The notes: generated by a model not told the origin, from the letters alone. Counted from the stretch's first letter, positions 24,001-37,794 are shown. The stretch: DNA of 50,170 nucleotides from Octopus bimaculoides (GCF_001194135.2 NC_068983.1:120101404-120151573); one strand, 5' to 3'. Made by a program: numbers and translations.

Positions 24001-26218
24001 AGATTACAGAACATGATACCTTGTGAAAGTATTCTCTAGATAAAATTCTCAGTGTAGTGGATTGCTTTTTGTTAAGAACTTACTAAGAAGAGGTCATATA
24101 CGACACTTTAGACCATATCTCATTTAATCTGTCTTCCTAATCAGTTGTGTTATAACTTTTTCTCTTACTTTCATAACTTGGTCCATCAAGTTGATTGTTC
24201 TAGAGTTGCTTCTTTCTAGAGTATCTTTGTTCTTGTAGCAGTTGATGACACTGCTATGCTAGTCATAGGCCATGATACCTCCTTGTACACTTCATCTGAC
24301 TATGTGCATGACTAGTGCATGCCCTACTTCACAGGATATTTTCTGCATCTCAGTGACTATCCCAGATGATTCAGCTGCTTTCCCAACTTCCATTCCTTTA
24401 ATTGCTTTTGCAACCATTTAGTTTAACCATATATGGAAGGGTAACATCAACAACAATCATTACATTTGGAACTTTATGATATTCATAACAAGCAAGCTAA
24501 TGATGGAACCTCTATATGGTTGCTAAACTAGTTAGAAACAGTACATAAATCTCCCTCAAATCATACCACTTGTCTAAAAAAAATCAAAATAAAGGACACA
24601 TTGGAAACATGGTCCTAGTACACTGCCTGAAATAAAGGCAGAAAGATTACATCTAGAATGACTGATCATTAATTTCTATATGCAGTACTCAGCTGAGGAC
24701 ACACATCAACAAGGACATAACATTCATTATCTTACAATGAAATTCATTCCAGAAAGAATTTTAATCCAAAGTATAATCAGTAACCCATATGTGTACCAAG
24801 TTTAGAAAAGAAATGTGCCCCAGACAGCTTGGGCAAAATGTCATTGAATGTCAAAAGTTGGTAATGAACAGATTTAATTGCCTAGTTCACATCTCAAAAG
24901 GCCAAATTATATCAACAGCACACCAAGACAGATAGTCAAAGCCAAAAGGCCTCTGGTCATAAATCTATTTGACCAAGCCCAACCTGGGGCTAAACAATGA
25001 CAAAAAAAGAAATCAATAACAAGAATAAACAAAACAAAAATAATCAATGAAGTGGATAGGTGAGAGTCAGAAATAAAGATAAACACAAATCAACAATGGG
25101 AAATGGTTGTGTATGAAGTTATATAACAGTCTTTGACAAATGAACGATGGCTTATGTTGTATTGACATGGCTGAAAACATGTAAGAGAGCCTCTCAGCCT
25201 ACTATGTATTAACCTGTTGCAATTTAAGACTTACAGTATGAATGAAATCAAAATAAATAATACATAAACAGTAGATGTATATATATCCATATAAATGACA
25301 TATACACACATACATTAATACACATATATTATCAATGTAAGATTGCTTGGAATGCAACAGTATTCACAAAGCATTCAGTGTAGGTGTCTAACTCGATATG
25401 TTAATCGAGTTCCTTGCAGGCATTCTATGTTAACAAACTTTATTCCATGGAATCAAGTAAGTTCTTTTTGCACGCTTCTTTTATGCTTCAATAGACTCAA
25501 TTAGAAATTCCAGCAGATAAAACAAACTCACATGAAAAAAAAAAAAAAATCTCTAAGCTAACATTCTCCTCCAGTTCTAATAGCAGCAGTGAGAAATCAT
25601 CTAAGTAATTCTGAGAATTAAAGATGTTAAACTGAGAAAGATGAAATGTTACAATTCTCTCTCTCTGCCTCTGTATGTTTGTGTTTATGTGTATATATCA
25701 CTCATGTATGTTTTATCTCTATCTTGACAAATACTTATCTATGTATATACACAGTTGGTATGATGTACAAGTCACCACCAAAAACATCAGTGGTAAGTTA
25801 AATTGTGACATGCTTTAACATCACATCTACTCTTACAATCCTTAAACAATTTTGACTTAAGGTGTGAAGTACATGTGTGCGCGTGCACACACACACTCAC
25901 ATACACACCATAAGCTTGGCTTGTTATTAACAGTGCAGTGTTTTCAAGCAGAAAGACTACTAGAAGTCTAATATTGATTTTGAACAAATATGGGATACAA
26001 ACACAGTTATATGAGCTGAATTAGTGATCTTCTGCAGAAGGATCTGCTCATTGTGAATTTCAATCAAAAGCAGTTCAACTTTTCTGTTCATTCCTCCAAA
26101 GTTTAAGAAGATGTATTTGTGTAAATGAGTAAGAGTACATATTTGCGTATATGTTTATATGCAGGTGTATATTGGAGGTGTATACATGCAGGTGTATACT
26201 AGAGTAAATATGTTTGTT

Positions 26219-26282
<64 letters not shown>

Positions 26283-27118
26283 GATTGGTTAAAATAAATG
26301 GGTCTATCACTATAAATGTGTATACTTTACAGCAGTTCTTCTCAAACTATCTGATGTGGCATACCGGCAGTTTTTTTTTTTTTTTCCCCAGGGACTGGTA
26401 ACATTTCTTACTAATATTAATTTATACAGAAAACAATATATATAATGAATATAATAACAGCTGACAATTTTTTTATCCTATATTTATTTTGTAAACAAAC
26501 AATACAATATTACATAAGCATTTTATAATGTTTCTATAATGAGGTACGATTTCTGAGCAGATCACTTTAATCTACATGACCTCAGTTCATCTGGCTATCA
26601 GGAGGCATTTAACAGATAAGAGTGGGGAACATTAGTTTTGATAGTCTGGTATTACTCAATGCTATGAAACTGCAGTAAAGTAGCAATCCTTAAAAGCCCC
26701 TTACAGCTTCAGAATCCACAGCGGTAACATCAGGTTTTAGATGTGTTAACACTCATATTATAATTAGTAATACAGTAATGAATGTATATTTAGAACTGCA
26801 ATGTCAGACAAAGTTAAGTGTGTAATCTAATGCACCAACAAAAAAAGTAATTGCAACTAGAGCAATCATTATCAGCATTTTACTTCTGCTTTCCCATGCT
26901 AGCATGGGTTAGATGGGGTTTTCTTTTTTTTTTTTTTTTTTTTTGTGAGGTAGTGTTTCATGAATGGATGCCTATCTTGTCATGAGCCCTTTTATTTGAC
27001 TTTACAACATGCAGGGAGAGGATGCACCTATTTCTAAAACTGGGATACACACAGAAATTCTAACTAGAGTAACATACAATTAATACACACATCTACCAAT
27101 ACAGTACAACAGCTCTTT

Positions 27119-27465
27119 TATCTTTTTACTTGTTTCAGTCATTATACAGTGACCATGCTAGGCACCACTTAAATGAGTTTTAGTCAAATGAATGGACCCC
27201 AGCCTAATATTTATTCTATTGGTCTCTTTTGCCAAGCCACTAAGTTATGGGGATGTAAAGAAAGCAACACTGGTTATCAAGAAGTGGTGGGGGAAACACA
27301 CACAAGAGGCTTTTTTCATCTTCTGTCCACTAAATCCACTCACAAGGCTTTGGTGAGCACAGAAGAGTATAGCAGAAGGCACTTGCCCAAGGTGCCATGC
27401 AGTGAGACTGAACCTGGAACCATGTGGGTAGGAAGTAAATTCTTTACCAGACAGCCACCTGCATA
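27119..27465 (-). mobile_element. SINE family C, near full length
   Basis: Reverse complement of head, core and tail. Confidence 0.8.
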
Positions 27466-28057
27466 CTTAATGCATCTGTCAGTATAGTTCCACAGAAAAC
27501 CTGCAACTATGAGTACGTTTCCCCACAGTGCATTTGTTAGTACAGTGCCATATGTGTGTGTTAGTGCAATGTCTCATTATGTACATCTGTTGGCATAATA
27601 CCACTCACAGCTATGCTATGTATGTTAATACAGCTCTCCCCTATGTGGAAGGTGTCTGTATAGTAATGCAGATAGCTTAAAACTAAAGTACCCTGACATC
27701 AACCAACAGACTTGGTAGTAGAATACACTTGTCAACAGATTCAGCCTTTAACATTTACTGCATCCCTCTTCTACCATAGACAGTAGCTGTATTAAATATC
27801 TCTCAACCAAACAGAAGAATCAATGTCTATAATAATGTAGCGCATGCAATAACAATCACTACAAAATGCCATGGCATAAAACGTAACAGATATTATTATT
27901 CTGTTTGAAATCCTATATGGATGTTCCAGACAATCACTTCACACCTTTATATCAGATTCATTTTTCCATAACACTCTAGGTTTTGGTTCTCATAGACAAT
28001 AATAATCAACCCAATTAACTGAAGTGATGGTTAAATAGGGATTTGAATTTCAATAGG

Positions 28058-28059
<2 letters not shown>

Positions 28060-28152
<93 letters not shown>
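28060..28152. repeat. (AG)n microsatellite, about 90 bp
   Basis: Direct read. Source of the SLSL ORF 28015-28281. Confidence 0.95.
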
Positions 28153-28155
<3 letters not shown>

Positions 28156-28600
28156 CTGAACAGCTCCATACATAGATTCAGTTTGTATGTAATCATTTGT
28201 TTTGTTTTGATCATGATGTACTTTAGTAGTACATAAAAAAAAGAACGTTGATTTTTCTCTTTTATTAAGAAGACAACACAAAGCTGCTACTTATTACAAA
28301 CAAAGAAGTCTTTGAAAAAGAGGGGGAAATAAAAGAGAAAGTGGTGTAGCAGATTAAATGGAATTAATAAGAAACCAGTTTACTAATGCTTTGTCATGTT
28401 TTCTTTAGGGAGTCACATGTGTAAGGAGTAAAAACAACTAATGTCCTTACAGAACTATTATAATTAAATTCATGTGTGCATGTGTATGCTCTATTTATTC
28501 TTTTACTAGGCATTAGTTGAATATATTCAAGGGAATTAGTTGAATATATCAATACAAGTAACAATTTCAGTCTGTAGCTTATTTTATTATTTTCTGTTTG

Positions 28601-28825
28601 TTAACCTTTTAGCACTAAACCGGCCATGTCTGGCCAAACAATTCTACCTGTTTTATGTTCAAGCCAACCAGATCTAGCCTCTCACACCTACCCTACAATG
28701 TCATTCTAAAACTAAACAATTACATCGTTGAAATCTCGAAGCTACAAGATAATGCATGATTAATTCAAAGACTGTGAATTAATAAGCATTACATTTGACA
28801 GAATAATCTGAATGCTAAAGGTTAA
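28601..28825. mobile_element. TTAA-flanked piggyBac-like MITE, family 1 (217 bp)
   Basis: TTAA-ccttttagcact ... aatgctaaagg-TTAA. Three further copies occur in the window. Confidence 0.8.
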
Positions 28826-29258
28826 ACCACTAAGCTATGGGAAAAAGAGATAGGACATAAACAAAAACATGACAGACACATATTCATAGATGACAGGTTT
28901 TTACAGTTTCCATCAACCAGATTCCATTCAAAAATATAGACTAATGTGAGGCTACAGTACAAGAAGTACAAGACACTTTCTCAAGTTGCTATGTAGTGAG
29001 ATCAATCCTGGAACAGGTTAGCTGTGAAACAAATTTCACAAATACGCAGCTAATATTTTTTCTTACCAAAAAACACTGAAACTCGCTTACAGTAGTTACG
29101 AAAATTTTATTTACAGTAATTTTTTTCAAAATAAATATCTATTATTTTTTTTTTTTGTAGCTTAGCATTATTTGTAAGTATCAAAAATTATGTTCTTATA
29201 TTCTCTGAATATAGAACTTTAACACTAATTGCAAAGTCAAAATAATTATTTGAGATAG

Positions 29259-29550
29259 GTGCAGGCATGGCTGTGTTGTAAGAAGTTTGCTGCTCAACCA
29301 AATGGTTCGACATTCACTCCCATTGCATGACACCTTGGACAAGTGTCTTCTACTACAGCCTCAGACCAACCAAAGTCTTGTGAGTGGATTTGGCAGGGAG
29401 AAACTGAAAGAAGCCCATACATGTACACATATATACTCATGAATCTGCATGCACACCTTTGTCTGTGTTTCTCTCTCCCCTCCCCCACCATTTGATAACT
29501 GGTGTCAGTGTGTTTATATTCCCATAACTTGGTGGATCAGCAAGCTGGAC
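29259..29550 (+). mobile_element. SINE family C, 3'-truncated
   Basis: Head ggtgcaggcatggctgtgttgtaagaag plus the family core. Confidence 0.8.
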
Positions 29551-29640
29551 ACCTGCATCAGGCCTGAATTGTGTTTAGGGAAGGTTTCTATGGCTGGATG
29601 CCCTTCCTAATGCCAATCATTTACTAGATACTTTTTATGT

Positions 29641-29695
<55 letters not shown>

Positions 29696-29837
29696 ATGTA
29701 TGTATACACACATACAGGCACAAATATATACACATATATAAACATCCACACATACACACACATATATGTATGTTTTCCCCCACCCCATTGTTTGACAACC
29801 GATGTCAGTGTGACATATATATATATATATATATATG

Positions 29838-29961
29838 GTAGAATTTATGAAAAAAAACAACAGACGAGGACAGGTGGTGTAAACAACAAAAGGATGTATT
29901 AGTTTAACGCTCGGGAATACAGAAAGTCTCTAACGTTTCGAGCTACGCTCTTCAAAAGAAA

Positions 29962-29963
<2 letters not shown>
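29838..29963. repeat. Interspersed repeat, probably a Penelope-like terminal region; second copy at about 44980-45100
   Basis: Shared string caggtggtgtaaacaacaaa..gatgtattagt.taacgctcggga and .gtttcgagc.ta.gctcttc. Both copies are embedded in (TA)n. The family assignment is recall/inference. Confidence 0.5.
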
Positions 29964-30035
<72 letters not shown>

Positions 30036-30039
30036 TAAG

Positions 30040-30260
30040 GAAGTGAGGAGGCAGAATCATTAGCATGCTGGACAAAATGCTAAGTAGTATTTCATCTGTC
30101 TTTTATGCTTTGTGTTCAAATTCTGCTGAGGTTAACATTGCCTTTCATCCTTTTGGGATTAATGAAATAAGTACTAATTTGGCACTGGGATTGATGAAAT
30201 CGACTAGGCACCTCCCTGAAAATTTCAGGCCTTGTGCCTATAGTAGAAAGGATATAAATA
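30040..30260 (+). mobile_element. MIR-like SINE family D copy (others near 1000-1130, 19290-19450, 34320-34535, 48900-49090)
   Basis: ggcagaatcattagcatgctggacaaaatgct...gttcaaattctgctgagg...gcctttcatcctttt. Confidence 0.75.
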
Positions 30261-30920
30261 TATATATATAGTAATCAAAAACACAGAAAACATAATTGGT
30301 ATTTCCAAGCATTGCATAACATGTGTTTCTTTAAACCAGTTGCTATTAGCCAATTGGGTTATGTACAAACAATGATCAGCTTAAAAAGCACCAATTACAT
30401 TTTCTGTGTTTATTATTACTATAACATGGTTCAGATTACACACACTACCCTCTCTGGAGATATGAAGGTTATGAAACCACATCAAGTATAGTGTGGAGTG
30501 TGGAATTTACCAATCCCAAACCTTTTGGTAATATGTTGCCTCTTCCTGTGCACTTTCAATATACACATATATTTTTTCACGTCTGGCCGTATAGCCTTTT
30601 CTGTTTATTTTCACTGTTTCGTTTTCCTGTCTTGCTTTCTGTCCGCCACTACATTCCTCCATGGTACAAATTTAATTTGTGGTCCGTGGGAAGAGCCATT
30701 TTAACGATGCATCCTGCCCTAACTCTTCGAAACGCCAGTGTTAGAATGGAGGCAGCTGATGAAGGAAATGTTCTCTATGTGGCCTGTATGTTTTCTGTAC
30801 TCTGTTCATCATTTGTCTACGTTTTGTTTGCAATGTCCTGTACCCAGATATGCATCTATATACACAGGTAGATGTAGGTATGTACATACATGTACGTATA
30901 TATGCATATACTCATTTATT

Positions 30921-30981
<61 letters not shown>

Positions 30982-30984
30982 CAT

Positions 30985-31015
<31 letters not shown>

Positions 31016-32334
31016 CACATACATACACACACACACGTTACGTTTGGATGACCTGCAATCAAATCTTAGTGATGTGGTCTGGGAACATCAGGTGTTTGGA
31101 GTCTTTCGACACGAAGCATCCTCAGCCAAACAACCCAGCAAGATAACTATTTGTTCAAATTCTTCTTATTTTTACCATTTGCAGTACCATCAAATCCTTA
31201 GTAAACAATAAGGACACATGTAACTACATTAATTATTTACTGAGAGACATTGTGAGAAACAAATTTAACCAACAATCAAGTGTGGTGGTTCTTTTTTTTT
31301 TTTTTCTCTTTCTTTAAATAAAGGAATATTAAATCCCTAAATCTCTATGGATAGAGATCTCATAAAATACTTACAGAAAACATCTGTACATGACGAAATA
31401 AGATGAAAATGAGGTGGAGTTCAATTGTTTGTCACTATCAGAACTATAATGGCTACAACTTGGTAGCAGCTGCATAGAATACAATAGAACGAATGGCAGT
31501 CATTCTTAATAACCAGCTCCTTCTATTTATTAGAAATAAAGCAATAAGAATCAGTCAGAGATAAAATATCAATCTAGAATAGATTCAAAGAATATATTTC
31601 TAACATTAAAATATGATACAGAAAAAAACGATAAGTCTTTAATATATTACAGCTTCATATGCTTCTTCATTCACAATGTACTACAGCTTTGGACTTTCAC
31701 ATTTACTGGGAGCACAGATGGAGATAAGCTTCCTTAATATTAACCACTCAACTACAAAGTGGTACTAGAGATAATTGTTATTCGTTGACTGAAACAAGCA
31801 ACACTTTGCTTTTGATTTAATACTATTGTTCAGCTGAAATACATTGTATTCATTTCAATTCACTTTCAAACTAATGAGGAAGCATTTAGGGGAAAAAACT
31901 TCAAAGATGGAAGTAGAGCCTAAAATCAATGTATCAAGAAGGTAAATCTAGCAAAGTCAAGTCTTAGATGGCACAATAGAGTACAAAATTCTTCTACCAC
32001 GTGGGATGTGGTTTTGTTCAACATGCAGAAAAGGCGAAGGTAGAAAATACTGTATTGAGTCCTTAATATAAACAGTAGCTGCACAAGAGATACAGTTGAA
32101 TCATAGACAAGCTGACTAAGAATAAGGGCTTCATGTGTACAAGAATAGTTAATACATTCTTTCAAATGTCTTGAAGACTTCCAAGTAGTAGTTGGTAACT
32201 TCTGTAACACAGTTGGCCTAATTAATAAGGGAAGTGGATGTTCCAAAAGTAAAGTAGCAAGAGTAAGAATGAAGTAGAAAAACTTCAAGAAGCTGTCACC
32301 TCTACTGGCAATATAGGGATTCACTTATAGAATG

Positions 32335-32725
32335 TTGTTGATTGTTGGCTCTCCGTCGCTTACGACGTGGAGGCTTCCAGTTGATTCGATCAACGGAACA
32401 GCCTGCTGGTGAAATTAACATGCAAGTGGCTGAGCACTCCACAGACACGTGTACCCTTAACGTAGTTCTCGGGGATATTCAGCGTGACACAGTGTGACAA
32501 GGCTGACCCTTTGAATTACAGGCACAACAGAAACAGGAAGTAGGAGTGAGAGAAAGTTGTGGTGGAAGAGTACAGCAGGGTTCGCCACCATCCCTTGCTG
32601 GAGCCTCGTGGAGCTTTAGGTGCTTTAGCTCAATAAACACTCACAACGCCCGGTCTGGGAATCGAAACCGCTATCCTATGATTGCGAGTCCGCTGCCCTA
32701 ACCACTGGTCCATTGCGCCTCCACT
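32335..32725 (-). mobile_element. SINE family B, full length, inserted in the RTE LINE
   Basis: TSD acttatagaatg (32323-32334) and acttgtagaatg (32726-32737). tRNA-like head at the right end. Confidence 0.92.
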
Positions 32726-32946
32726 ACTTGTAGAATGTATGATGCTTTTATATGAAGAGTAATATTGCATGGTAATGAGTCATGGGCCTTGAATACAGAT
32801 GAGAGAGAGAGAGCTGGAAAGAAATGAGATGAGTATGAAGTGTGCACAAACAACCAAGGAAAAAAAATGATCTGAGAGAAAAAAACTGTGTAAAATATGA
32901 ATCAGCTGTAACACACAAGAAGGGAGACTGTGTTTTACTATGGACA

Positions 32947-33109
32947 AGCGCAGGAGTGGCTGTGTGGTAAGTAGCTTGGTTACCAACCACATGGTTCCGG
33001 GTTCAGTCCCACTGTGTGGCACCTTGGGCAAGTGTCTTCTACTATAGCCTCGGGCTGACCAAAGCCTTGTGAGTGGATTTGGTAGACGGAAACTGAAAGA
33101 AGCCTGTCG

Positions 33110-33142
<33 letters not shown>

Positions 33143-33345
33143 GTATGTCTGTGTTTGTCCCCCAACATCGCTTGACAACCGATGGTGGTGTGTTTACGTC
33201 CCCGTAACTTAGCGGTTCGGCAAAAGAGACCGATAGAATAAGTACTAGGCATCCAAAGAATAAGTCCTGGTGTCGATTTACTCGACTAAAGGTGGTGCTC
33301 CAGCATGGCCACAGTCAAATGACTGAAACAAGTAAAAGAGATAAA
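32947..33345 (+). mobile_element. SINE family C, full length and CpG-retaining (young)
   Basis: gcgcaggagtggctgtgtggtaag...gggttcagtccc (A/B-box-like), the family core and an agagataaaagag tail. Confidence 0.9.
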
Positions 33346-33876
33346 AGAGATGTGTATGAAGAGTGACATGCATAAAAAGGAGGCCAAGCCATCCAAATGG
33401 AGAGAATCTGTGAAAGAGGAAAAATGAAAGAAGACTTAAGTGCTTTTAAAGCTGAGCCTCACAAAAGAGATAACATGAGACAACAATGGGTAAGATGCTG
33501 TGCTGGGGAAGGCCTATTCAACTCATACATGATGATGTATTTGTGAAGCATCAAGTAATGTCACATGATCATCTCATTTGTGTGAAACAACAATAAATTT
33601 CATGACCCTGTAAAGCAAAGAAGGTAGTAGATACAACAACCCTGCCAGCCTCCCACACAGTCACTCTTTCAGTTCTTCCAGCTTTAATTGAAACTTCTGC
33701 TTTATTAATCTTTCCATTTATCAATTGCAACCACTTCAGTGACCTTGACTCCAATAATAACATCAAATTTACTTATTTTTTTAGATGTGATATCCATTTA
33801 ATCTCCTCTTAACTCTACATCTTCCATTCACTTTTTGTATGCATCTCTGAAAATGGAGAGACATTAACTTTGCAGT

Positions 33877-33916
<40 letters not shown>

Positions 33917-33987
33917 ATTAAGGGATCAGCAAACAGTTGCTTCACCACATACCGAAGGTCAGATATAGCAGCTAAAGTGCTGATGTA

Positions 33988-34046
<59 letters not shown>

Positions 34047-35020
34047 TTTGCATGTGTGTGTGAGAAAGAGTATTTGTTTAAATCCATATAGTTATCTGCA
34101 TATACAAATAAATCTCTTGTTTCTACATATAAATTACAAAATACACACACAATTCGTGGCATGTTCATAGGATACCATGTACACAGTAAAACTTAAAACT
34201 GAAAGGACTCAATACCTTTGATAAACTAAATGTTTAATACGAAGAGTTACAATTCCAGCTTACAACATACTTTTACTCAGACTATCATGACATTCACCAT
34301 CATCAATATTTTACCTCCACAGGGCAGCAAGCTGGTAGAATCATTAACATACAGGGAAAAATGCTTATCGGCATCTCCTGAATTTACATTTTGAGTTCAA
34401 ATTCTGTCACGGTCGACTTCACCCTTCATCCTTTTGGAGTCAATAAAATAAGTAGCAGTTGAACACTGGGGTTCATGTAATCGACTTACAACCCCAAATT
34501 GCTGGCCTCATGCTAAAATTTGAAACCAATATTTTACAACCACTCCTCCAAGATGACATGGGTTGGTCAAGAAGTATGTTTTATGACGAGATGCCCTTCC
34601 TGACACCATCCCATTAAGTAACCTCTTACAACACATTGATATGGTGTACCTATTCTAAACTCTGAGATGCTGGCTGCTAAATGATATGCCGTTTCTGTTA
34701 GAATGAAATGGCATTTCTGATTAGTTGTGACTACAAGATAGCAATTCAATTGACTTTTGGTTTATCACTTATGTTTACATACAAATGTACACATGAAAGT
34801 ACAAACACACACACACATGTAGACCCATATGCCTGCATCTATATATGGATAAAGAGAAGTCATATACACTTATTGAAAAAAAAAGTTAGCTATGGGCAAG
34901 TACTAAATACAACTTCTGGTGATAAACATACATATTTATAACTGTATAGACACATAATCTGAGATTATATATACATAACCATGTATGTCAATATATATAA
35001 TTACACACATGTACATATAT

Positions 35021-35086
<66 letters not shown>

Positions 35087-35597
35087 TCACAGATAAACAT
35101 AAACACACATGCAGACCTATGTACAAATATATGTAGGCATGTATGTGTGTGCATATAGATAGAAAGATAGATAGATAGATAGCTATACATATAAACACAA
35201 AGATGCATAGGCATAGCAGCATATGAACACGCATAACACACACACATACATCTATATACTCACATATTTACACTAGTTCTTTATGTCTTACTGGGTTGTT
35301 TGGGGTTTTCTTTTTTTAATCTTTCAGTACTCGTTTACTGGTTCTAGTTCTGCTGAGATTTGAGAGGATAAATGTATTTTCATGGCAGCACTCAGAAATT
35401 AACTTTGATCTTGTGTTTTAAAGGAGGCCAGTTGATTTGATGTAGCTGAAGTACGTTTTATCATTGGAGTGGTCACACAAATTTGAGCAATGGGGATGTA
35501 CTTATTGTTGAAGCGTTGTACAGATCAGATGACATTACAGTTACTAATGATATGACTGTTGAAAGGTGAACTTACAGTTTAAACAACAACTCTTGAT

Positions 35598-35611
35598 GAC
35601 TACTACTTCTT

Positions 35612-35644
<33 letters not shown>
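35598..35644. repeat. (TAC)n microsatellite
   Basis: Direct read. Confidence 0.9.
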
Positions 35645-35645
<1 letters not shown>

Positions 35646-35649
35646 AATT

Positions 35650-36100
35650 GGTAAAACTATGAGGCTCCAGAACTTCATTGTGTCTTCAAGTAGCTAAAGT
35701 GAGTTGATGAATAATTGCCAGTCCTAATAGCTGGCAGTAATCTGCGAACTGCATTGGTTGACCCTTGACTGATCATTGGCTGGAGAGGCTCTTCCACCCA
35801 CACTGAGTTTGTGATTTTGCCGACTGAAGATCAATACGCCCAAATTCACATCTGCCATGCTGTTAACCCATGATTTTGTTGTGTCCAAGGCTTGGTGGTG
35901 GTTTTTCGTCATTGAGTTTAACTCCTCTGTATACACACTATTAGATGGCCATTGACTCTACAAGTTCCTCTGCCCTTTGATGAGTTTCGGTTTTCATCCT
36001 GTAGGGTGTCCAAATCACTCTCCTCACCAAGTAATTTTGATGGAGTTGCTGGTTTAGCTACTGGCAACCTGACTATGTGACAGGTTGTACTTGGTCACTG
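35650..36100 (-). mobile_element. Decayed interspersed repeat, probably the 5' region of an RTE-type LINE
   Basis: More GC-rich than its surroundings and resembles an octopus repeat I recall. No diagnostic protein motif was read. Confidence 0.35.
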
Positions 36101-36720
36101 TAATCAGTAGCACTTGAGAGTGACCTAACTCTTGAAGTTCCCCTCATATATTCCAATATATATTCTAAGGGTTTGTGTCACCTGGGACTGACACTAGCAT
36201 TGAAGATCAGTTATTAGCTTTACATAAATTGTCCAAGATACAGAGCTTTAAAGGATAAAGCTCTTTATCTTGGCAGTTGCTATTATCTCCTGATATCAAG
36301 ATTAGCAAAGTTATTCACAGTTCAGGTTGTTGGGCTTATTATGTGGCTTTGGGTATTTGTGAACTGTAATGATGTTCTGCATATTCTTCATGTAATTGTA
36401 GCTATAAGTTTTGCTTGTTAAATAGTTTAGAATATTTGTGTTCAGTGGGAAATTATTTCCAGATCAGATTCAAGAAGCTCTTGGTAATATCAGAATTCAC
36501 ATTGAGGTTACATAAAGGATTAAGTAAGATCACATTATAGTGATGATTTTTGGCTTCATAAGCTAGGGATAGTTCAGGATTTGGGAGAAAACTTTTTCTT
36601 TAAACCAACCATTCTCCAACACTTTCATGTGGTAGTTTGCCACTCCATTGACTGTTCCTTTGTCTGAGGACATGCTGGAGATTCCTCCACCAATGCTGGT
36701 GATAAAATTCTTAAAAGTGT
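36100..36720 (-). mobile_element. Decayed Penelope-like element (RT thumb to GIY-YIG)
   Basis: KNFITSIGGGISSMSSDK..ANYHMKVLENGWFKEKV, KSFLNLIWK*FPTEHKYSKLFNK, YSYNYMKNMQNII, NCQDK..PL, and RIYIG (YIG at 36152-36160). Confidence 0.75.
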
Positions 36721-36996
36721 TTAAGTTGGCTGAAAGTTATGCCAAGACCAATAAGATCTTCCTTTCATTTTCTGTATGGTTTGTATTAACAGTGATAGGA
36801 GAATATAAGGGAAGTGATACAGAGGACTGGACTGGGTGAATGGGCAGAAGGAAAGTTTCACAAAAGTGTGAGAAGAAATGGTTAGAGATGTGGTAGAGGT
36901 GACATTGTAGCAAATGATGGTAAGAGATATAGGAGTGGATCAGGGGATCTGCGATATCTATCTATCCATCCATCTATCTACACACACATATATATA

Positions 36997-37687
36997 CAGC
37001 CTTAGCCAAAAGTATTATGCCACCCCAATGTTTTGGGGTTCTGCTATCTCAATGTTAATGAAACTCGTGCACATGGTAGATTATGGTATATTTCACAATA
37101 TACAGTACCAACCATAAAACATGGGAGTGGTTCTGCCACAGGACCCAGAGAAATGTTTTTATATCAGGGAAGGATGAATTCCGCTACCTATGTTTCTATG
37201 TTATCAGATGTTTTAGAACCATCAATTGCTAAATTGCATCCAGGAGTGTCGGAAAACAGTGTTATCTTTCAACAGGACAACGTTCTATGTCATACAACAA
37301 TAAATACTCACTCGTCAATGGTTTGAAACACAAATTATTGTTCCCATGGACTGGCCAGCTCAATGTCCTGATCAAAACCTGATCGAACACTTATGGGGAA
37401 CTCTTGATGAAGCTATCAGGAACACAACAATTAAAAATAAAGTGCATTTATACCAACAGTTGAGAGAAGAATGGAGTAAAATTGTGCCTAGCATCTGCAA
37501 GAAACTAGTTGATTCAATGCCTAACTATATAAAAGTGGTAACTGATGCTAAAGGAGGGTCAACCAGATATTAAAACTAATGTATATTGTGAAATATACCA
37601 TAATCAACCATGTGCATGAGTTTCATTAACATTGAGATAGCAGAACCCAAAAACATTAGGGCAGCCTAATACTTTTGGCCAAGGCTG
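36997..37687 (+). mobile_element. Tc1 (DD34E) internal-deletion derivative, 691 bp
   Basis: 108-bp TIRs at 36997-37104 and 37580-37687 (100/108 identical by hand), with TA on both sides. Internal PTIKHGSG..GRMNSATYVSML..FQQDN..DWPAQCPDQNLIEHLW..KGGSTRY*. Removing a 4-bp tandem duplication (actcactc) restores 34 residues between D and E. Confidence 0.95.
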
Positions 37688-37794
37688 TATATATGCAAAC
37701 ATATACACACACACACACAATTACTCTAAAAAGGCTACATTTACAATAGTTTGATGATGGTAACAACAGGGATTACTTGGCTAATTATGTTATC

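Larger units (their letters stand above)
31950..33530 (+). mobile_element. Decayed RTE-clade LINE (RT C-terminal part to 3' end), interrupted by two SINEs
   Basis: GMWFCSTCRKGEGRK, then VVVGNFCNTVGLINKGSGCSKSKVARVRMK*KNFKKLSPLL. After SINE B it resumes as RMYDAFI*RVILHGNESWAL, and a decayed 3' end follows the second SINE. Confidence 0.75.

Noticed and set aside
26335-26398. hAT-like terminus (ttctcaaact..gatgtggcataccggca)
   Set aside because: Only one degenerate end is present, with no partner TIR or TSD.
30724-30790. GAAAC ... CTGATGA hammerhead-like words, and TTGAAGA..GAAAC on the minus strand at 29930-29955
   Set aside because: Penelope-like elements can carry hammerheads, but I could not build stems I and II here (the closing pairs mismatch, and C3 is absent in the 29.9-kb copy). 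An Infernal search with Rfam hammerhead models would settle it.
31926-32324. 132-aa minus-strand ORF, the longest non-microsatellite ORF
   Set aside because: It is antisense to the recognisable RTE reverse-transcriptase remnant, so it is a shadow ORF.
33569-33766. 65-aa minus-strand ORF
   Set aside because: It has no splice signals or recognisable motif, and its length is within chance expectation.
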